Positions 1 to 11,178 of a stretch of 64,000 nucleotides of DNA are shown here, piece by piece. This stretch comes from Lingula anatina (lineage: Eukaryota > Animalia > Brachiopoda): positions 12,586,001-12,650,000 of the forward strand of contig CM120645.1 of the NCBI GenBank assembly GCA_051362555.1. The letters are read 5' to 3'. Below the pieces are notes generated by a model. The model saw only the letters and a program-made list of their open reading frames with translations, did no database searches and was not told the origin of the DNA. Within the stretch, counting starts at the first letter, position 1, and each line of letters opens with the position of its first letter. A program made the position numbers and the translations under genes.

Positions 1-952
1 GACAGTTTTACTTTTTGGCTTTATATTTACAGAGCTGATGAATATTCATAAAACACAGGTCAAGTTCGAAAATCAGCATGATCGGGCCATTATTGTAGAA
101 TTTATGCTGTTTTTTCACTTTTCAGCATATATGCAACACTGTTAACACATTTCAAGGAAAACTGATAGGCCTGTTGTCATGAAACTCACAGGAGTAATCA
201 ATCTTACTAAAACGCAGATCAAGTTAGAAAATCGGCATGATCGGGCCACTATATTAGTAGTTATGCTGTTTTTCACTTTTCAGCACATATGCAACACTGT
301 TAACACATTTCAAGGAAAACCCATAGGCCTGTTGTCATGAAACTCACAGGAGTAATCAATCTTCCTAATACGCAGGTCAAGTTTGAAAATCGGCATAATC
401 AGACCATTATTTTATAAGTTATGCTGTTTTTTCACATTTCCTCAGATTCAATTCTTAGGCATGTTAACAGTCTCATTATTTAATTAATAAGATACGTAAA
501 AGTGTTTGTTTGACATTTCCTGCATCTTTACAACATTGTTAGTTGATTACTTAAAAATAATGGTTAATTTGTTATCGTGTATTGTGTAATAAAGTTTCAA
601 AAATGGAAATAAACTTATATCACTGCAGTTTGTAAGATTCAATCATTCACTATGTTCAGAAACTCAGAATGGAGGAAATTGGACATTTAACACTGCTCTA
701 TTGATATTTTTCCCCATCTCATCAATTTTCTTAGTTGATCATATAAAAATGGCAGTAAACTGTTAATTTTGTTTTATGTTAAAAAATGTTAACAAGGCAG
801 CAAAGCTGTCAAATGTACAGACAAAAAACAGAAAATAAAGATGCAAAAAAGGTCATTTTGTCAATTTTGATGCAATAATAAATAATGCTTATAATAGCAC
901 TGTCAGTCAACACTGAATTTTAATCTTGCACAACAGGTAACATGGTCAATAA

Positions 953-1118
953 CAGGAGCGGACCCAGAGATATTTTCTGACAGTATTACAAAGTATCTAT
1001 GTTGATCCATCCTCCATTTTGATGGTCTTCCAACAGAAAAAAATAGATACCAGTCAATATAAACTTAATAACCTGACTGTCTTCCGGAAGACCCAGAAGA
1101 TGGTCTCAATCCACCCCT
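953..1118. mobile_element. hAT-like MITE (CAGGGGCGGAT-type termini)
   Basis: Degenerate TIRs, flanked by TCAATAA on both sides; inverted homologue at 14897-15065. Confidence 0.6.
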
Positions 1119-1360
1119 TCAATAAGATTACAGTTTCAGGACCATGAGAGTTCAAATTCACATTATGAAAGTCTCAATATTTGAAAAATGATGACAGTGC
1201 ATAAAATAATATTACATAATGTTTAAAGACATAAAAAACAATACAACTGCTTATGTAGAAATACAGAAAATGTGCAGAGCCCCAGGCAGATGAGAGCCTG
1301 CCTGGGGCTAAAAGTCACAAATGCAAGTGTTTGAGAAAAAATTATAAAGGAAAACAACAA

Positions 1361-1597
1361 AACTAGAAAAGCACTTTGAGAGTGCAGACCTCTGCCAAGG
1401 CAGCAATTGTTGATTATTATTGATAATTGATTGATTATTGATCCGGACCACCACCAAAAATTAATCATTGTCCTCCTTGGCCCACTTCCGACAGTTCCTG
1501 AAAATTTCTGCAAAATCAGTCCACAACTTTTTGTGTTATGTGGATGACAGACAAACAGGGGTGAAAATATAACCTCCTTGGCAAAGCTTGAGGTAAA
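1361..1597 (+). mobile_element. Short Helitron/Helentron-like non-autonomous element
   Basis: AACTAGAAAAGCACT..GAGAG.GCAGACCTC.GCCAAGG start, GACAGACAAAC repeat and ATAACCTCC...GAGGTAA 3' hairpin; second copy at 40914-41146. Confidence 0.65.
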
Positions 1598-4500
1598 TAT
1601 AATTCCAATGAAGCTGCTATTCAAACTTTTAATCTTCCAGTTTGAATTTAAAACTTATTTGCAATATTAAACAAAATTTACCTGCATAATTATCACTGCT
1701 TCCTTATTATTAATCTAGCAAAGAGCTTTACCTTTGGGAGTTTACAGGGAAATATCAACAAGTGTGCTTTACGTAATCTCATTTAATGGCCTATTAAAGC
1801 AAATGACTTTATAACTCTGAAATTAATCTAGTGATACCCAAGGGTAATTTACAGACTGACCCACTCAAAGGTCTTCAGGCCCATAAGTCACACCTTAAGA
1901 AAAGCACAAAACCATAATGCCCAAAATAGGAGACTACCAATCCTGATGCAATAATACATTATGTTTAACTGCACAGTCAACATCAACTTATGCACAACAG
2001 GTAACACAGACGAAAGTAAAAGCATAAGGCTTCAGGCCCATCAGAGTTCAAGTTTATACTTAGAAAGTGCCAGAATGAGAAAAATGAAAATTTCACAAAA
2101 AATGCATAAATACAATAAACATGATAATCCGATAGAGCTGGTTTTCTCATGAGCTGAAGGCCAATCCTAAAAATCGTACTTGTAAGTTTAAAATTATAAT
2201 AAGTAGCACAGTTTTCTTTTCATAATGTTTGCAGTAGCAGTGCAAAAAGATTGTCAATTTTGATGTAACATTACATAATAAATTAGAGAATAATTATCAC
2301 CAATTTTTGTTTATTGACTATAAATAGGATGGACATGTAGAAAATATGATTACCATTTGGCTTCATGTCCATGGGAGCTCCGAGTCCCACAATGAATATG
2401 CCAAAAAAGATAATGAATATAACACTAAAATGTATAACTTCCAGAACAAGAAGCCAATTAGACTGCTTTTCTAACTCAGGCTGCATTTTAGTCTTGTGTT
2501 TCTTTTTTGAAAGTTTGACAGTCATAAGTAACACGGTTTTTCCATAATGGTCATCAAGGCAGCAGCACCAAAAATTGTGTTTTCTTCTATTTTGATGCAA
2601 CATTACATAATGCTTAACAGCATAATGACCATCGATTTTTAATAATAAAATATAAGTGTCATGGATTTTCACAAAATGTGACTAGCACGAGTCTTCAAGC
2701 CCGTGGAGGTTCTAAGTCGCACCTTGGAAATGCCAATATGTGAAAAATTAAATTTTCACAAAAAACTTTTTAATTGCCAGAAAAATTTACCAAACAGACT
2801 GCATTGCCTACTGAAGCTGTATTTTAGACCCATGTTTCTTTCCTGTAAGTTTGAGAACAGTAATTGACATGATTTTTGTTAAATGGTCATCATGGGAGCA
2901 GTGCCCAAAATAGGGGTTTCTTCAAATTTTGATGCAACATTACATAATGTTTAACAGCATAATGACCATCAATTTTTAATTATAAAATATTAGTATCACG
3001 GATATTCAGGAAATGTGACAAGCAAAGGTCTTCAGGATCATGGAACTTCAAAGTCACACCTTGAAAATGCCAATTAGTGAAAAATTAAATTTTCACAAAA
3101 AACTGTTTAATTGCCAGAAAAATTTACCAAACAGACTGCATTGCCTACTGAAGCTGTATTTTAGTCCCATGTTTCTTTCCTGTAAGTTTGAGAACAGTAA
3201 GTGACATGATTTTCCTTAAATGGTCATCATGGGAGCAGTGCCCAAAATAGGGGTTTCTTCAAATTTTCATGCAATATTACATAATGTTTTACAGCATAAT
3301 GACCATCAATTTTCAATTATAAAATATTAGTATCATGGTTATTCAGAAAATGTGACTAGCAAAAGCCTTCAGGCCCAAGTCACATATTGAAAATGCCAAA
3401 ATGTAAACAATACAGCACTGTTCTGAAATGGGTTTATTTCCATTTTTAACACTTTTTAAACATAAAACAAAATAAACAGTTTACTGCCATTTTTATATGA
3501 CCAATGAAGAAAATTGATGAGATGGGAAAAGTATCAATAGAACAGTTTTAAATGCCCAACTTCCTCCATTCTGAGATTCTGAACATAGTGGATGAATGCA
3601 TCTGACAAACTGCAATGATATGAGTTTATTTCCATTTTTGACACTTTATTACACAATACATGATAACAAGTTTACCATCATTTTTACAAAATCAACTAAC
3701 AATGTTGTAAAGATGCAGGAAATGCCAAACAAACACATTTACGTATCTTATTAGTTCAATAATGAGACTGTTAACATGCCTAAGAATTGAATGTGAGGAA
3801 ATGTGAAAAAACAGCATTACCTTTTAAAATAATGGACTGATTATGCTGATTTTCAAACTCAACCTGTGTTTTAGTAAGATTGGCCCCTCCTGTGAGTATA
3901 ATGACAATTGGCCAATCGGTTTTTCTTATATTGTGTTATCAGTGTTGCATATATACTGAAAAAAGTGAAAAAAAACAGCATAAATTCCCTATAAGTGACC
4001 CGATCGTGCTGATTTTCGAACTTGACCTGCGTATTATGAATATTTATCAGTTCTGTAAGTTTCAAGCCAAAGGGGAAAACAGCTCTTCATTTATTGTGTT
4101 ATCAGTGTTGCAAAAATGCTGAAAAAAAGTGAAAAAATAGCCTAAATTCACTAAAAATGACCCAATCATGCTGATTTTCGAACTTGACCTGCGTATTATG
4201 AATATTCATCAGTTCTGTAAGTTTCAAGCCAAAAGATCAAATGGTTTTCCATTTATGGTGTTATCGGTGCTGCATATATGCTGAAAAAAGAGAATAAAAA
4301 ATAGCCTAAATTCACTAAAAATGACCCAATCACGCTGATTTTCGAACTTGACCTGCGTATTATGTATATTCATCAGTTCTGTAAGTTTCAAGCCAAAAGG
4401 TAAAATAGTTTTCCACTTATCGTGTTATCGGTGCTGCATATATGATGAAAAAAGTGAAAAAACAGCATAAATTCCCTATAAGTGACCCGATCATGCTGAT

Positions 4501-7500
4501 TTTCGAACTCGACCTGCGTATTATGAATATTCATCAGTACTGTAAGTTTCAAGCCAAAAGGTACAATGGTTTTCCACTTATTGTGTTATCGGTGCTGCAT
4601 ATATGTTGAAAAAAGTGAAAAAACAGCATAAATTCCCTAAGAGTGACCCGATCATGCTGATTTTCGAACTTGACCTGCGTATTATGAATATTCATCAGTT
4701 CTGCAAGTTTCAAATCAAAAGGCAAAATGGTTTTCCACTTATCGTGTTATCGGTAAAAGTGCACGGCGACGGCGACGACGGCGACGACGGCGACAGCGAC
4801 GACGGCGACGGCGACGACAGACGCAGATGATGGCTATATGTACAGACACATCTGTGTCTGTACATAAAAATGGGAAAAAAAGCATTTCAGAACAGTGCTG
4901 TCTTGTTTACATTTTGGCATTTTCAAGTTGTGACTTTGAAGTTCCATGGGCTTGAATACCTTTGCTAGTCACATTTTCTGAATATCCATGATACTAATAT
5001 TTTATTATTAAAAACTGATGGTCATTATGCTGTTAAACATTATGTAATATTGCATCAAAATTTGAAAAAAACATATTTTGGGCACTGCTCCCATGATGAC
5101 CATTTAAGAAAAAACATGTCACTTACTGTTCTCAAACTTACAGGAAAGAAACATGGGACTAAAATATAGCTTCAGTAGGCAATGCAATCTGCCAGTTAAA
5201 CAGTTTTTTTGTGAAAATTTAATTTTTCACATATTGGCATTTTCAAGGTGTGACTTTGAAGTTCCACAGGCTTGAAGACCCATGCTTGTCACATTTTCTG
5301 AAAATCCATGATACGTATATTTTATTATTAAAAATTGATTGTCATTATACTGGTAACCATTATGTAATATTGCATCAGAATAGAAGAAAACACTGCTGCC
5401 ATGATGACCATTATGTGAAAACCATGTTAATTACTTATGATTGCCAAACTTTCAAAAAAGAAATACAGGACTTAAATGTAGCTCGAGTTGGAAAAGCAGT
5501 CTAATTGACTTCTTTTTCTAAAAGTTTTACATTTTCAAAGGGTGAACTTGAACTCCCATGGGCCTGAAGCCTTATGTTTGTTACACATTTTACTTACATT
5601 GGTATTACCTGTTGAGCATAATTAAAATTTGATGTTGAATTTGCAGTTTTTGCATCAGAATTGACAGTAGCCTATTTTGTTATTTCCTGCTTTTTGTCTG
5701 TACATTTGACAGCTTTGCTGCCTTGTTTTTTTTGAAAAAGAAAGCAACACTGCCAGTTTGAAATTATAATCCTCTTGGGTGATTTTTGAAATGCGATACC
5801 AGTTTATGCATGATGTAGTCTGAAATTTTACTTAATATTCAGTAGTTCATGTTATGAAACTGTGATATAAAGAAAACAATATTGATATTTTTGCATAAAT
5901 ATTACATAGTTTTCATATGCATAATACAAACATTTTTCTTTTCCTCTCTTTTTATCTTTATACATTGTGATCAGATACAGAATTCCAGTCTTAAGAATTG
6001 CAATACATTCCTAAATGGGTTCTTGCCCTGTTGCAGCTTATGTCTTACTGATGAATATCTGTTGAGTCAACTGCATGCTTATATTCTATGTCGCAGCTCT
6101 TAGTGCAACTACTACAGGGTTTATAGGCTATATGCAATGTTATTATAATGTTTAGCTGCTGTGCTCAATCCAAGTTTGGGTTATTAAGTCTTATTTCATC
6201 TGGAATGCCATTTGGCTTTTAGCTTTTAATTAGAATGTATTTATTTACAAGGGTGAAAAGGTTAGTCACTGGTTCCGATATTTCCACGCAAATAATGCAT
6301 TTATTAATTAAAATAGCTACAAGTTCATGTGTTTTACATCTCGAATATGAAATTTTGCATTGTTTCTCAAGTTCTGCAGTTTTAATGTTCGTCAATACAG
6401 ATGATATTTAACAATACAGTAATGTATTAATTTCATATCATTTATTGTTCTAGTCTAGAGGAGCAGCAATATACCAGGTCAGATACACTATACTCTATCC
6501 TAGGACCCATAATTTGATGGGCCCTTACTCTTAAGAAAGAGATTATTGATGTACTCTATAAGCTTCAGTGCTTCTTTTTTTTGCAGGTGACAAGTGGTTG
6601 ATCAAAAAAGAAGTATATTTTTGCTATAGCAAATTACAATATAATGATAAGAAAGTTTCAACATTGCATTATTATTTGTTAATCTGAAAGTGCTTTTTTT
6701 ATGAATACTCAAAGACTGTGGTATTTGATTTGCTCACTTTCAAATGGTGGTCCAGTTTAGATCATTTCCTATCTTATTTAAATATTACATGCCTATGTAC
6801 TATGTAATGAGGTTTTTCGTTCTTAAGTGTGATGCATAATTGACAAGTTTAAATTAACTTCAAATTGAAATGTTTCATTTGCAATATTTGTTACACAATG
6901 AACTTAGTTATAATAATCATTTTTTCTTGACCTGTTCAAATCTTGTTGACAAATTATGGATAATATATTGAACACATTTTCTGTAAAGAATGTTTAAAAG
7001 GCACCTCAGTGCCGGAAATTGTTTATTTCAACGAATCTCTAAGTGCTCACTTGTATATGAAAATATTACTTATAGATTTTATTTCCTTTTATAGTGATAT
7101 ATTGTTAATAAAGGTTGGTGGGAGTTAAACTAAATGTTTTCTTTTTGCTTAAGAATTCCAATTCTCAGTCTCATTTAAAAACTTTTACAGATTTAGAAAT
7201 ATTGACACTATGTATAAATAATGAATAGCAGGTGTATCTCTTCTTGATGGAAAGGCATAAATTCCAATGCCTATCTGAAAGAAATTGCAGAGGTATTAAA
7301 ATAAAAAGTATGACCCTCATTTTTTTCTTCTTTTTAAGTTTCAGAAAAGAAATGCTTAATATTGACCTAGTACAACTGGAAAAAGATTAGGACAGATAGT
7401 AAAGTTTCAATATCTTTTATTGTTTACAAAAAAAAAAAAAAAAAAAAAGATTGTAAAGATACTTCAATATCAATAACGATAGTAATCAGAAAATGTGAAA

Positions 7501-8474
7501 AAAAAAAAAAAAAAAGATGGTGACAGCTATGGTGAACACCCCCACCCCAATTTTTTTAATTACTGTCAATTTTATACTTGGAATCATTTTACTCCATAGT
7601 CTCACACATATAATACTGTCACCAACATAACTACACTGTGTTACATGAAAGCATTTAGTGCTAGGTATTCTTTACATACCAAAACCCGATTTATGTAATG
7701 AAGTTTGAAAAAATCCTTTTCTGTCAGGCATTTGAAACTACTTGATCTACTATTCAACTTCAAGTATAACATACAAAAAATAATACAAATTAAGGTTCTG
7801 GTATCTGTTACCTGACAATCAATAATATGCTTTACGAATGGGTGATTTGAATTTTGGTAAATACATATATTTGTAATGCTATTTAATTAAATGTTTACTT
7901 TTGAGTTTAACAGTTTAATTCAATGTGAATGGTCTCATAATACTTCAGGAGTCAACAGTCCTTTTATTATGTACAGGCAATAGTTGTGACATAAACACAC
8001 CATTTGCGTCTGCCCAAGCCACTGTCAAAGATATATGCACTTTTTGTCGCGAACGTGATTCCTTCAATTATGATCATTGTAACGTCTTTACACTTGCTAA
8101 ACATTCACCTGGTTATTAAATGTATAAAATTGAAAATGGTCTTGGTGGAATAATTTTTCTCATCCATTCTAAAAGCTGTGTTTATTTTTGTGAATTAACT
8201 GGTTTTGTGTTCTTGTGTGCTGGTTCTCTCTGGAAATCCTGCTTCAGTGTCTGGACATTTTGTACACTTTCACCCACAATGTTTCTTCCCTTTTCACACG
8301 TGACAGTGACGTAAGCCCATGTTTGATCCCAGCATTTTCAGCAAGAGTGATGACAAAACCAGTGACCCAGAATGTTGTTAGTGTGATTCTTTTCTCCACA
8401 GCTGGTAAACTTTACAAGTACATATCATAATAAGACTCTCTCAACTGTTAAATTCATTGTTCCAAAATGGCTTG

Positions 8475-9508
8475 CTAAGACAATGTTTCTCCTTTTGTAA
8501 TCTAAAATGAAAAATAAATAAAAACAAGATAATTTTGTAATGTTAAATATATCTTATAATGTTTTAATTGGTATTTTCAGGCAAATGATTCACCATGACA
8601 AGTTTTTTTCTTAAAAGAACATGACTAAGGATGTAATGGGGCATAACTTTATAATATTGCTGGTAATATTAAACGTAAAAATTGTCCTTAAATTAAAAGA
8701 AAACATCAACAAAAACAATTTTAAAATAAACTGCTTATAGTGAAGTTTGGCAAATTGAAATGCAAGTTTTCAAACTCAAACCACCTACCATGCAGTCATA
8801 CTTTTTCTTAGAATAAACTTACCCTTGCTTCTATATACTCCACTCTCCTTTCTAGAGCAGTCAATTTTTCATTCAGCATGGCTAATTTTGATCTACAAGA
8901 TGTATCTGAAATAATTTAACAGTAAATTTCAATTCAAGTGATAAATTAAAAGATCCTGTGAGCATATGCAAAAAAGAAACGTCTTTTCTTGCCTTCGATC
9001 AGGAAAACTATATTACTAGTTATGTTTGCATTTGTATTAATTTTCTCTTACACTGTACTTTAATTGCCAATGTGAAACTGGTGCTTATATTAGCATTTAT
9101 TTATTTTAAACATTTTCTGAATTTGAGAGGCATGAAGATGTTCTTTTCTCATTGTAAATCCCACATTTACTGAGATTCAGCCTTTGCAACTTTCAACAGT
9201 CCAAAAGTAGAATATAAGACAATAAGAGTCAGGCATTTTGTCAATATGCACAAATGATATGACGGAGATTTGAGAAATTTCATCCTTTATCCTAGACTAG
9301 TTTTTTCTTTTACTTTCTACATATACGTACACTTATGGACCAAGCTAAACAAAATTATAACCGCTAGATGCATGTTTAACTTACCAAATGAATTTAAGAA
9401 ATCTGCTATCTTTTTTATACTAGTCGTTATAACTTCTATGTATTCTCGATTGGCCCAATCCTGTTGAATTTGACGATGTATCACACTTCCTTGATCTCGA
9501 TGCGACAT
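8475..9508 (-). CDS. BRK1: BRICK1/HSPC300, WAVE regulatory complex subunit (77 aa, 3 exons)
   Basis: Exons 9508-9385, 8905-8823, 8501-8475 with GT-AG junctions splice in frame to [77 protein letters not shown], matching the highly conserved BRK1 sequence ([10 protein letters not shown]...[12 protein letters not shown]...[22 protein letters not shown]). Confidence 0.97.
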
Positions 9509-9530
9509 CTTGCTTGCACAGGAAATGCCT

Positions 9531-9581
9531 ATGCGCGCATGCGTTCACAGCCAGGAAGGCGGCTTCCGGTTGTTTGGTAAC
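9531..9581 (-). promoter_or_regulatory. BRK1 housekeeping-type proximal promoter
   Basis: NRF1-like GCGCATGCG (9535-9543), ETS-like CTTCCGG (9563-9569) and X-box-like GTTGTTTGGTAAC (9569-9581) lie 25-75 bp upstream of the BRK1 ATG in a CpG-rich patch. Confidence 0.55.
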
Positions 9582-9647
9582 GGTAGTGGGGGGGGGGGGG
9601 GGGGGGGGGGGGGGGACGACACTCACCGCCTTTAACGACTAGATCGA

Positions 9648-9883
9648 CAGGGGCGGATCTCGGATTTGCTTTAAGGAATCACAGGTCTCGGACGCGAAGC
9701 CGACCCTCGCCCACTTGGCGTAGTGCTTGGGGCCTGCTGAAGGCGAACGATCCGTTTGGTAACTATGCCAGGCCTGAAATTGCTGGCTATATACGGGCCT
9801 GTCCAAATTCTAATTTCAAGGGAGGCTGTTGGTGTGATTTTTTGCAGAAACCCAAGGGGGTCAGGACCCCCCAAAATCCACTG
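9648..9883. mobile_element. hAT-like MITE upstream of BRK1
   Basis: Starts CAGGGGCGGATC; shares internal sequence (AATTCTAATT..TCAGGACCCCCC..AAATCC) with 28043-28334. Confidence 0.55.
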
Positions 9884-11178
9884 TCACATATAATCGGTCT
9901 CTGTCGGTAACATATTCTAGGGACTTCTATGTAGCATGAAAATTCATGCGTTAGCACTCTATTGACCATCAGAATCGTCAATATGAATGCTAACGCATGA
10001 ATTTTCGTGCTAGGTTTCGAGCGCTTGAGAACACAAGTATAAACCTCTCACAAATTAATGAGTCACAGCAAAATATCACTACACCACAGTAAAATAATAC
10101 ATCAAAAAAAAGATTAAGAAACAACAAATTAAGCTGTTTATCAATGTCTGTTTTTTATTGATTGCAAACGTCTTCAACAAAAATATGTCACCATAACCTC
10201 TTTTCTTGCTCTTATCTTTATGATATTATATATTTGGATCTACCGGTACAATAATAAATAATGATTTTGTCTTCCATTTAAAGAAAGACAAGAGAATTGC
10301 ACTTCTTTCAGTGGCAAAATATTTCTGTTCTACCTGTACACGATACTATTTCCCATATTTTATACCACAATCTGTTAAAAAGGTGCCTTATCTAAAACTA
10401 CATACATATACACGTACTGTAACTATGACCCTTAACCAGGGCCACAGATTGATTTTTCACTAAATATTTACGGATAATGTCTCTGGCTAAATGTAGTCAA
10501 TCTTCTGGTGGAAAATGTGCCTATAATATCTGTCACCCTGGTAGAGGGTAAACCAACCACAGGTCTAGCCAGATCAGGCTGTATTTCAACTAGGGAGAGT
10601 GATGAGTATAGGCGTACCATGCAACCTGGTAAAAAAACTTGTGGGTTGATTTTATTCTTGTGAAAAACAGGCCTTTTTTTTCCTTGAAAGCATTAGATTT
10701 CATATTTATTACCATGATGCAAATAAAACCTTTGATAAATGTGGTAGTTAGAGCAATAGTAAACTTGCTAAAAAACACTACTTCACATACTCAGTAGAAT
10801 GGAATGCTGATTAAAGACTTACTGACAAATGTATCTGTCCTTTTAAAGTATACCAGGAATAAAATGAATTTTTGCTTTTAGCTTTTATTTTCTAGACTAA
10901 TTGATAAAATTAAAGAGAATTTTTGAAATAAATATTTTCAACAGTATCTTTATAACTGTAATTATAAATATCCAAATATCCACAGTTTCATAAAAAAAGT
11001 TTTTCAATTTTCAAAAAAAAAAAAAGTTTTTCAAAACTCAAAACATTATTTTTGTAAACATATAATATGTTTACAAAAATAATGTTTTGATATTATAAAT
11101 TTCAAAATGCAGACACAATGAAACTATTTAAAAACCAAGCCAGGCACCATGACCTGAATTAACAAGTACATGGCATGG

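Larger units (their letters stand above)
791..4868 (+). mobile_element. Helentron/HINE-like non-autonomous element with internal tandem repeats (inner copy)
   Basis: Starts AACAAGGCAGCAAAGCTGTCAAATGTACAGACA (5' subTIR), carries ~338-bp units (about 2200-3400) and ~161-bp units (about 3800-4750), then a (GACGGC)-type microsatellite (4765-4825) and a 3' hairpin ATGTACAGACACATCTGTGTCTGTACAT followed by an A-run; no TSD. This layout matches HINE/DINE-1-type elements. Confidence 0.7.
1..5727 (-). mobile_element. Inverted outer copy of the same HINE family, split into <1-790 and ~4869-5727
   Basis: 1-790 is the reverse complement of ~3445-4100 (159-bp units at 56, 215, 374); 4869-5727 is the reverse complement of segments of 791-3445 and ends TGTCTGTACATTTGACAGCTTTGCTGCCTTGTT. 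Confidence 0.7.

Noticed and set aside
5750-8470. Short ORFs and splice-like signals downstream of BRK1
   Set aside because: AT-rich UTR-like or intergenic sequence; I could not build a coherent exon chain or see a recognisable motif.
9587-9615. Long poly-G tracts (also 14298-14318, 51607-51623) as G-quadruplex elements
   Set aside because: Homopolymer lengths are unreliable in assemblies and most sit within MITEs; no supporting evidence.
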